A DNA stretch of 64,000 nucleotides from positions 43,179,028 through 43,243,027 of the forward strand of contig NC_068991.1 of assembly GCF_001194135.2 (NCBI RefSeq), given 5' to 3'. A model generated the notes under the pieces. The model saw only the letters and a program-made list of their open reading frames with translations. It was not told the origin of the DNA and made no database searches. Numbering within the stretch: the stretch's first letter is position 1; every line of letters starts with the position of its first letter. Below, one piece after another: positions 24,745 to 34,347 of the stretch. The stretch is from Octopus bimaculoides. Taxonomy: Eukaryota. Position numbers and translations under genes: made by a program.

Positions 24745-27727
24745 ATGAAAAAGACCCTATCTTGTGAAGAATGTACACCCCTCCATCCAGAAGGATGCCA
24801 AAAAGTAGACCAATCTGGAAAAGAAAGACTTGGAAGCTTAAGAACCCTTCACATGGTCAGAGATTTAGGGATATCCTTACTGAGAAATTTGATGATAGGG
24901 AGGAGCTACAGTCCTGTGACATAGAAGGCAGCTGGGAATTTCTGCAAAACAACTTGCTGAGCACCACAGACCAAATCTGTGGCTGGTGCAAAGTCCCTTC
25001 CAGACCTAAGGTAATGAGGTGGTGGAACAATACTGTAGACAGGGCCATTAGAGCAAAGAAACAGGCCTGGAAGAGCTGAGGTAGCAGGAGAATGTATCAA
25101 TTAGCCAAAAAGGAAGTTAGGAGACAGGTATATAAAGCCAAGGGAGTAGCAGAAAAGAAGAAGTTTGCCAATGTTCAGCAATGTGAGAACCAAAGAACTG
25201 AAGTATTTCAGATTGCAAGACAGTATGTGAGAGAAAACCATGATGTCATAGGAGAGAAATGTGTCCGCATGGATGATGGTGCCCTTACGCTTAATGATTC
25301 TGCAAAGAAAGAGGCTTGGAGATGCCATTACGAAAGACTACTGAATGTGGAGAATGAATGGGAGGAGGAGAGTCTGCCAAAGATTGACCCAATTGAGGGA
25401 CCATCTCCCCAAATTGACAGTACCCTGGTAGATAAAGCAATTAAAGATATGAAGACAGAGAAAGCACCTGGCCCATCAGGAATCACTGCTGAGATGCTTA
25501 AAATACCAGGCAGTGTGGGTTATGGTCTTGTCACCCACATCGTAAATCAGGTAGTTCATGAAGGAGTCATACTCAATGACTGGTGTAGCAGCACCATAGT
25601 CAACTGCTACAAAGGTAAAATTGATGCTTTAGATAGAAATAACTAAAGGGGTATGAAATTATTGGATCAGACAGATGATCCATGAAAGTTACAAAGAGGG
25701 TCATAGTCCAACTAATTAGAGAGAGAGTTAGCCTAGATGAGATGCAGTTTTGTTTTGTGCCAGGCAGAAACACCACTGATGCTATATTTCTGGTAAGGCA
25801 ACTGCAGGAGAAATATCTAGCCAAAGATAAGCCTCTGTACTTGGCTTTTGTTGACATGGAGAAAGTCTTCGACAGGGTCCTCCGACCCCTTATCTGGTGG
25901 TCAATGCAGAAACTGGGGATAGACAAGTGGTTGGTAAGAGCTGTACAAGCCCTGTACAGGGATGCTGTCAGTAAGGTGAGGATTGGCAACGAGTACAGTG
26001 AAGAATTCCAAGTAGAAGTAGGGGTTCACTAAGGATCAGTCCTCAGCCCCCTCTTATTCATTATATTCCTCCAGGCAATAACAGAAGAATTCAAGACAGG
26101 ATGCCCCTGGGAGCTCCTCTATGCTGATGACCTTGCTCTAATAGCCGAGTCACTTCCAGAACAAAGATTAGGGTGTGGAAGCAAGGTCTACAATCATAGG
26201 GCCTTAGGGTTAACCTCGCAAAAACCAAAGTCTTAGTAAGTGGGAAGGCTGACAAATCACAAACCCCTTCAGGTAGGAGGCCCTGCTCGATCTGTAGAAA
26301 AGGCATGGATAGAAACTCCATACTATGTATCCAGTGTAAGCTATGGACACATAAAAGGTGCAGCAATATCAAAGGAAGGTTAACTGGGAAGACAGCTTTT
26401 GTGTGTGGCAGATGCACAGGGGCAATAAACACTGAAGATGTACAGAAAACAGATTCTATCACATGCTGGGACAAAAACTAGTAGTAGTTAATAGCTTCCG
26501 CTACCTAGGCAACCAAGTCTGTAGTGGGAGTGATTGCTCTGAAAGTGTAACAGCTAGAATAAGAATAGCCTGGGCAAAGTCCAGGGAGCTCCTATCTCTG
26601 CTGGTAACTAAGGGCCTCTCGCTCAGGATGAAAGGTAGACTGTATGATGCATGTGTGCAAACTGCCATCATACACAGCAGTGAAACATGGGCCATGACTG
26701 CTCAGGACATGCGTAGGCTTGAAAGAAATGAAGCTAGTATGATTCGCTGGATGTGTAATGTCAGTGTGCATACACAACAGAGTGTAAGCGCTGAGAGAAA
26801 AGTTGGACATAAGAAGCATCAAATGTGATGTGCAAGAGACGACTGTGCTGGTATGGTCATGTGTTACGTATGGATGAGGACAGCTGTGCGAGGAAGTGCC
26901 ACTCCCTAACTGTAGAAGGAACCTGTAGAAGAGGCAGACCCAGGAAGACATGGGATGAGGTGGTGAAGCATGACCTTCAATCTTTGGGCCTCACAGAGGC
27001 AATGACAGGAGACCAAGACCTTTGGAGATATGCTGTGATTGAGAAAACCTGGCAACTAAATGAGATCACAGCCACAGCCGACGCCAGTGTTGCATGTCTG
27101 GCCCATTTAAGAGTACCCTTGATGCATCAGGCAATATGATATGCTTGAGAGGACCTGTTGAGTCAAGTAAAACCAAAATCGTAGCTATTGCCAGTGCCCT
27201 CTGACTGGCTCCCATTCCAGTGACACATAAAATGCATCATCTGAATGTGGGCACTGCCAATGTCCCCTGACTGGTTCCCGTACTGATGGCACATAAAAAG
27301 TACCATCTGAACGTGGTCGATGCTACGTCTGCCTGACTGGTTCCCATGCTAGTGGTACGTAAAAAGCACCATCCATGCGTGGCCAATGCCAATACTCCCT
27401 GAATAGCTCCTGTGCTGGTGGCACGCAAAAAGCACCATCTGAACATGGCTGATGCCAGTACCCCATGACTGGCCCCTATGCTGGTGGCACATAAAAAGCA
27501 CTATCCAAACGTGATCGATGCCAGGCCCGCCTGACTGGCTCCTGTGCCGATGGCACATAAAAAGCACCAACTACACTCTCGGAGTGGTTGGCGTTAGGAA
27601 GGGCATCCAACTGTAGAAACATTGCTAGATCAGATTGGAGCCTGGTGCAGCTGCTGGCCCTCCAGACCTCAATCAAACCTTCCAACCTATGCCAGCATGG
27701 AAAACGGACGTTAAACGATGATGATGA
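24745..27727 (+). mobile_element. RTE-clade LINE, 5'-truncated, about 3 kb, with stops and frameshifts; RT with embedded PHD-like finger and a (GAT)n tail
   Basis: KAPGPSGITAEMLK, QFCFVPGRNTTDAIFLVRQLQEK, AFVDMEKVFDRV, GVH*GSVLSPLLF, ELLYADDL, FRYLG, GRPRKTWDEVVKHDL, and tail GTTAAACGATGATGATGA. Confidence 0.95.
27190..27570 (+). repeat. Tandem array of six diverged 66-bp units in the RTE 3' UTR
   Basis: Unit starts at 27190, 27256, 27322, 27388, 27454 and 27520. Recurrent CTGACTGG and GGCACATAAAAAGCACC. Confidence 0.92.
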
Positions 27728-27729
27728 CA

Positions 27730-27930
27730 TATACATATAAATATATGCACATACATTAACCCATATATATATACATACATACATGCATATATATGCATAC
27801 ATACATATACACATACACATGTACATACATGCATATACACACACATATACATATAAACACACACACACACACACATATAAACACACACACACACACACAC
27901 ATATAAACACACACACACACACACACATAA

Positions 27931-28027
<97 letters not shown>

Positions 28028-28050
28028 CATACACACACACACATATACAC
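27730..28050. repeat. Compound (TA)n/(CA)n/(CATA)n microsatellite
   Basis: Directly visible. Pure (TA)n at about 27950-28023. Confidence 0.95.
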
Positions 28051-28319
28051 AATCATTCAGTAATAACATATAAATACTCATACATTTCCTAATTGACATC
28101 AGGGTAAATGAAATCTATCAATCCTCTGAACTTGATACTAAAAGTGAAATTTTTACGCAGTAGATATTTATTCCCTTACACTTCAAAACATGAGGACTAA
28201 CTAAATTGGTAGTGCGTGAGCATGTCTCTGTAACCTGGTTCGCAAACTTATCTGATTAGCATTATCTCTTTAACAGCCAGCAAAAAGTTAACAACCGGTT
28301 CTCGTTTAAAATATAATTA

Positions 28320-28455
28320 AGCCAGTCTCTTAGGCCGGAGCTCATCCCGGTTTCCGTAAAAAAAGCGACTAAGAATACAAGGTAGTCCCTTGAACGCGAT
28401 GTCAGTCTGTAGAGACTCGCTGGTACTTTCAGCTGAGTGAACTGAAGCTCCGTAA
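28320..28455 (-). mobile_element. SINE fragment resembling a V-domain SINE
   Basis: Minus strand reads GACTGACATCGCGTTCAAGGG...TTAGTCGC...ACGGAAACCGGGATGAGCTCCGG, similar to the V-SINE central domain from recall only. Confidence 0.4.
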
Positions 28456-28920
28456 TTATGAAGTAATAAAGTTGGTGGATGGGCACACTTGTGTAGGTAC
28501 GCATATATGTATATATGTACGTAATATGGCATACCTACACAAGTGTGCCTCCCCGATCTTGTTCCTTCGTAACTTTCAGAAAAATGGATATTTTTAAATG
28601 AAATTTACTCCAAAATACCTCTGTGTGTGTGTGTGTGTGTGTTTTACTCTTAATATTATAGTCCTGTATGAAATTGTTTCTAATAAATAAGCAATGTACC
28701 CACTTTCATCACCAGATATACGAGTGTCTTTTTTAATCTGACTTACGAAAACTTATTAAACAATGTGTGTGTATGTTGTATGTATGCAATAACTGAAAAT
28801 TTGAAAAGACTGTCGCTATGCAACATGTTGAGCTTAAAACAGTGACATATGATGTCTGTTGGATGGCACAAACAGCAGATTAGCAATAATACGTTGAAAA
28901 ATATAAGAAAAAAAATGAAC

Positions 28921-29304
28921 GTAGGCGCAGGTGTGGCTGTGTGGTAAGTAGCTTGCTTATCAACCACATGGTTCAGGGTTCAGTCCCACTACGTGGCACC
29001 TTGGGCAAGTGTCTTCTACTATAGCCTCGGGCCGACCAAACAGGTGTGAGTGGATTTGGTAGACGGAAACTGAAAGAAGCCCGTTGTATAGATGTATATA
29101 TGTGTGTGTCTGTGTTTGTCCCCCACCATCGCTTGACAACCGATGCTGGTGTGTTTACGTCCCCGTAACTTAGCGGTTCGGCAAAAAGTGACCGATAGAA
29201 TAAGTACTAGGCTTACAAAGAATAAGTCCTGGGGTCGATTAGCTCGACTAAAGGCAGTGCTCCAGCATGGCCGCAGTCAAATGACTGAAACAAGTAAAAG
29301 AGTA
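28921..29304 (+). mobile_element. SINE family A, near full-length and CpG-rich (tRNA head plus CORE-like CCTTGGGCAAGT motif; cf. octopus OR-type SINEs)
   Basis: A/B-box-like head, internal (TG)n, 3' GAAACAAGTAAAAGAG. Ends about 55 nt from the EGLN1 exon 1 donor. Confidence 0.92.
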
Positions 29305-29359
29305 ATTCTCTTTAGACAGTTGAGAAATAAGAAGCTTGAATAATGAAAACAGTACTTAC

Positions 29360-30250
29360 TTTTGTTCTTCCCTTGATGGTATATCGATCTAATTGTCCTT
29401 TACATGTGAGAATGAGAGAATCTGTGCGGTCGAGAAGGCCTTTAATATTTTTACAACCACTTTCACTACCGTCAACCCACATGATCATATCACCGCGTAC
29501 TTTCGTTTCTTCATTTGAAATGATTTTGTTATTTACTAATAAACCTTGAGTGAAATTACCAGAATCGTAAAGAACTTTAGCTTCATTTAAAATAAGTTCT
29601 GCTTCTTTATCTCCAACGAAATTATCGACTAGACAAATACCATATTTCTTCATAGAGTCAATAACATAGCTCACGAGTTCTGTATTTAACGTCATTTTAT
29701 GATGTGTCTGTTTAGATGGAGTGTGGACAATAGTCTGATCAGTTTTGGCACTGGTAGAATTGGGTTTTAATGATTGTAGTTCCCTGCTTGTATTTTCTTG
29801 CATTGAAACATTCTTGTTATTCGCAGACGATTTTGAGTTATTTTCAATTGCGACACCGGTAGATACTTCAGTCTTTTCTACGCTACTTAAATTTGTTGTT
29901 GATTTTACTTTCGATGAAATACATTCCTCGGTTGCACCACAAGGATCCAAGTGATTTGTTTTTGATTTAGGTTTTCTCTTGTTAGTTTTTTTGTAAACTT
30001 CTTTGTTTTTTTTCTGTTGATTGAAAGACTCTGGTTCAGACGACGACGATGGAATTGAAGATGAAGGAATAGATGCTGACGAATTCAAGTCAGATCTTTG
30101 AGAACGTTGTTTACCTTTACACGATTTTTTATGAACCTTCCAGTCAGATTTCTGATGATCTTGACTACAATACCATGCATTCCTACACCCCCCACACAAA
30201 GAAAGATTTTCGAATGTTCCACATAGTTGACAAATTTTAGTTGTTGACAT
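29360..30250 (-). CDS. EGLN1: EGLN1/PHD2 coding exon 1 (891 nt, 297 aa): N-terminal MYND zinc finger, low-complexity linker and start of the 2OG-Fe(II) dioxygenase domain
   Basis: CQLC...CGGC...YCSQDHQKSDWKVHKKSC (MYND); KKYGICLVDNFVG, GNFTQGLLV, VRGDMIMWVDGSESGC, IKGRTK|GTAAGT. Joins exon 2 in phase 0. Confidence 0.97.
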
Positions 30251-31979
30251 TTTTAATGTGGAGCTGAGCTAACTTATTAAACAAGCCACAGTTGCGTATA
30301 AATGCTTATTCCCATATACGAACTATATCTTACTGTTATATCTAACATTCAACATATTCTTGTTTTCGATTAAATATTTTACTTATAAGAACAATACGAT
30401 AATTAGATATTTCTATTTTAAAGTTCTCTGATTCAATATAACGGTGGAAAAATGTTGTACTTTATTGTTTTGTTTTGCTACCTGACAATTCTTTTTCTTG
30501 TTATGTCGGTACTGTGTTTGACCTCCCTGCTAAACAGGCTTGTCTTTTTTTTTTTTTTTGTTCTTAAAATTTAGTTATTATACAAACTGCCTGAGATTGA
30601 CTGAAATCTAGTAAATTTTTGTTTGTTAACTCTAAAGCATTTTAATTTCAATTTAGATTCACTTAGCATTAAAGAACATGTCAATAAACTTTAGTTACTA
30701 TCTTAAAGAATTGCGTACCAATAATTGTTTCATGTCTCAAACAGAAAACCCTTGTTTTTTTAATCAGTTCTTCAGTTTTTGTTGTTCTGGTTTAGCAGTC
30801 CCGCAGCTCGTCAACCCTGTGTGAGTTGACTTATAATCATGAATATTCCAGCCATGACCATCCCGTCTTTTCCCTCCTTTTGGCTAATGCAGTTGGAAGA
30901 TTGCATTATCCGAACTATCATTCCGTTTAAAAACAATACGTTGGTGGCGTAATTTGAGATTTGGCTGCTATTTCTAGCTGTTCGATTGTCTAGATAAAGG
31001 CTCTCTCGAGGCGTGAACTCCCTATTTGTCAATACAAATCTAATAAACAATCCTAAATAAACTATAATCTGAATATTACAATGGGAGCAATCTTCTCTGG
31101 ATAAAAATTTTGTTTATCGAGAGAAGAAAAAAACACAATTTACAAAAATAAGCATAAAAATGATGAATGAATATTGATTTTAATATTTGTTTCTTGTAAA
31201 CAGGATCACATTTTTAAGATGAAAATAATGACATAAAATTAAATATGATAGTCAGTGTTTCAGTATTGATTTCCTGATGTTTGTTTGAAGCCGGAACTTT
31301 TTTAGGAAAGAGAATGTGAAGAATTGTGACTTATTTAAAGAACGACGTAAATAACAAGAAATTAAAACCTGGTTATGAGTTCGACTTACGAGTCAAGAAC
31401 CTAAAATACTATTCAGAACGTTCCAATTTAAAGACAGTCATGAGAGTAACTAAATTTATGATAAAATTTGCTGAGTAAAAAATATTGATGAGTTGATAAA
31501 TATGTGAAACTTTATAACTAACATATTTTTAAACCTTCTTCGCATTAAAACTTGTAGCATTTATCAGCAACAAGTGTGATGGCTGTATATTCTCGCCAAT
31601 GTACTTTTTGGTAAATTCTTTCTACTCAAATGTTATATCACGACTGCGTTTATTATGATTGATTACAGTGTTCTAAACATCGTAATTATGTTTCGACTTA
31701 TGAGTTGAAACATTAATTACTAGCCCATAACTAGGTTTTAATACCTCGTTAAGAGCCATCACTGATATTCTTTTAGAAAAACATGGTAGTTACAACCCGT
31801 CTTCTCTTTCCTGCAAATTTCTGGCTTTAAACTGACCAGTTTATCTATTTATATGCCGTTATTTCCATTCTCCACTAAAGATGTGATCTTGATCGTTCCC
31901 AAGAAATTAATATTGATATCTTCGATCGGATATATGATCCATAAACCAGCCTACCCCAATATAATATTAACATATATAT

Positions 31980-32271
31980 ATTACAGAGATGCACTTGCAT
32001 AGCAAGTGACCTGATCTGTGATCGTGTGCTGGAACGAAAACAATTGCAGCGTGGAAGGTGTTTATAAGCCATTTAAAATAACACACAAAATCCGTTAGAT
32101 TCACTTCAACATTTAAATTTAATTTGTCGAAATATTTTCGTCGCTTTGAGGCCGCGACCTGTTCACTGACAAAATTCTGTGCTGCATCATTAAATTTAAA
32201 TGTTGAAGTGAATCTAACGGATTTTGTGTGTTATTTTAAATGGCTTATAAACCCCTTCCACGCTGCAATTG
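31980..32271 (-). mobile_element. Short non-coding element carrying a hammerhead motif and an inverted partial copy (Penelope pseudo-LTR-like)
   Basis: Hammerhead fold at 32121-32176. Segment 32041-32123 is repeated in inverted orientation at 32189-32271 with one mismatch. The PLE origin is inferred. Confidence 0.55.
32121..32176 (-). ncRNA. Minimal type I hammerhead ribozyme candidate with G3-C8 variant core
   Basis: Minus strand AAUUUUGUC-A-GUGAACA-G-GUCGC(GGCCUCAAA)GCGAC-GAAA-AUAUUUC-GACAAAUU. Stem I is UUUGUC/GACAAA, stem II is 5 bp, and stem III is the palindrome AAUAUU. Confidence 0.65.
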
Positions 32272-32275
32272 TATA

Positions 32276-32285
32276 NNNNNNNNNN
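32276..32285. other. 10-N assembly gap
   Basis: N run. Confidence 1.
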
Positions 32286-32638
32286 GCGGCCATGCTGGAG
32301 CACCGCCTTTTAGTCGAGCAAATCGACCCAAGGACTTATTCTTTGGAAACCTAGTACTTATTCTATCGGTCTCTTTTGCCGAACCGCTAAGTTACGGGGA
32401 CGTAAACACACCAGCATCGGTTGTCAAGCGATGGTGGGGGACAAACACAGACACACACATACATACATATATACAACGGGCTTCTTTCGGTTTCCGTCTA
32501 CCAAATCCACTCACAAGGCTTTGGTTGGCCCGAGGCTATAGTAGAAGACACTTGCCCAAGGTTCCACGCAGTGGGACTGAACCCGGAACCACGTGGTTCG
32601 TAAGCAAGCTACTTACCACACAGCTATTCCTATGCCTA
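32286..32638 (-). mobile_element. SINE family A, CpG-rich copy
   Basis: Close reverse complement of 28921-29304. Confidence 0.92.
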
Positions 32639-32640
32639 TA

Positions 32641-32867
32641 CATTTACAGATTATTATTAATATGTCACATGTTTTTATAAATTGGCACTTTCATCTACTC
32701 TAATAGAGTCTTCAGATTTGAAGAATCTATTAGAGTGGATGAAAGCACTAATATATGATTTATAAAAACATGTGACATATTAATAAAAGAAGAATCTATT
32801 AGAGTAGATGAAAGCGCTAATATATGATTTATAAAACATGTGACATATTAATAAAAATCTGTAAATG
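32641..32867. mobile_element. Fold-back MITE with tandem duplication of its right arm
   Basis: TA|CATTTACAGATT...AATCTGTAAATG|TA. A left arm of about 70 bp pairs with either of two right-arm copies of about 69 bp (32721-32789, 32790-32857). Confidence 0.75.
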
Positions 32868-34316
32868 TACAACCATCCAGATCTCTGAGTACCTTATTTT
32901 TTCTAATATATATATATATAGAGAGAGGGGGGGGGTAGTTTAAGTGCCAAGATATCAATATTCATTGATATACATAATAAGCTTACAATGACTTTTTTGT
33001 TCTATGGACGTCAGAATCAGTAATATCAGTCACATTTATAAAGCCCCTATCCAAACTTTTTGTCGCTAAAACTTTAGGGTGAACTATATTAATAATTTTG
33101 AAATGTAATCTTGTGAAAGTAATTTTGTCAATCCTTTTGGTTTGTGATCATAGTATGGAAGTGGAAATATTGACACTATTTGACAATGTCCAAGCAGACG
33201 TGCTGTATAGGCAACTTACCCACTGGGGTTTTCAATTTCTTCGGATTTTAATGTTTCCAAAAACAAGTTACGAATTTACAAAATAAAAATGGATTTTAAA
33301 AAAATAACGAAAAACGTTTTAACTTTTGTTTTGTGCGTAGCACCACCCTACTCATCCCCAACTTTTGCTTTAACACATAAAGTGCGACAGGCCATGATCA
33401 TTGCCCAGACATTTAATTCTAGTGGTCGGTTCACTAACTGATGTTAGCTCTCTCTCAACTCATGAGTTATCACTGAGTTGTCACCAAGTAACTAACTTAT
33501 TTTTTTATTTGTCAATGAATGACACACAGAGAGGGGACAATACAAAACATTTAGGTTTGAGAGTTATGACTTAATGGAAATCGGAATATGAAATCGAATG
33601 GTATAATGAAATCGAGAACCGTATAAAAATTTATGTGATTATATTTTCGGGTTCGTGTTCAAGCCACCGGTGTTTTTTTTTTTCCTTTTTCTGCTTATTA
33701 CTTTTCCTTTCTGATTAGACTGGCTACACCAGCACAGCCCCATTCGCTCTCAACTTCCTTACAACATTCGTCCATCTCTTCACAGACATACTTCAAGGCA
33801 GGTGCCTCTTCTCCAGGCCAATCTTTTTAGATAGGTGGTAGATAAAAAGACCAACCAATCCACATCCAGATATGAAGTTGCCTGCCTCAATTCCTCTTCC
33901 ATGCATCATCCATACTGTTTCTTTCAATATGGCTACTACGCAGAAAAATGACGCCTCCTTTTCCTTGTTAAAGGAGGGAGGCTGCACAATCTTAATGATA
34001 GACTCAGTCGATAACCGTACTCTTTCCGCACTTGGGGGTTCTTGTTTTTATAACTATCCAGAAGGATAGACATATCGTTGAGAACAATGGATTTCATTGG
34101 TGGTACTTGTTATCTTAATTCTAGCTTTTGGTGAAATAGAAGAGGTTAGAAAGGTCAAGCGGTGATGACATTATTTCAGACTAGAGCTAAGGCAATCTGG
34201 CAAATGTAAAACTGCTGTCACAGAAAAACTATTGTTCTGCCGTGAAAAAAGTTCTGTTGAACTGTTACTTGAAATTTGGCTATGGTGGATCGAATCCACT
34301 TCATGCCAGCAAGATC

Positions 34317-34347
<31 letters not shown>

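Noticed and set aside
27190-27570. CRISPR-like regular periodicity
   Set aside because: The whole 66-bp unit is homologous between repeats, with no unique spacers and no cas genes. The context is a eukaryotic LINE 3' UTR.
27476-28099. ORFs rich in YI/CV/HT repeats
   Set aside because: These are translations of (TA)n/(CA)n microsatellites, as are many similar short ORFs in the track.
28921-29010. tRNA-like A/B boxes here and in other SINE heads
   Set aside because: They continue into SINE bodies and do not form cloverleaves, so no tRNA genes are called.
30251-31400. Hypoxia-response elements upstream of EGLN1
   Set aside because: Only an isolated GCGTG (about 31011) was seen. That is expected by chance, with no ancillary motif or conservation data.
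28921-32638. CpG retention in SINEs near the EGLN1 promoter as a map of unmethylated DNA
   Set aside because: Confounded by insertion age: the intronic copy at 16650-16950 also keeps many CpGs.
33760-34320. Possible L1/Tx1-like ORF2 3' remnant
   Set aside because: The resemblance is too faint to call without a profile search.
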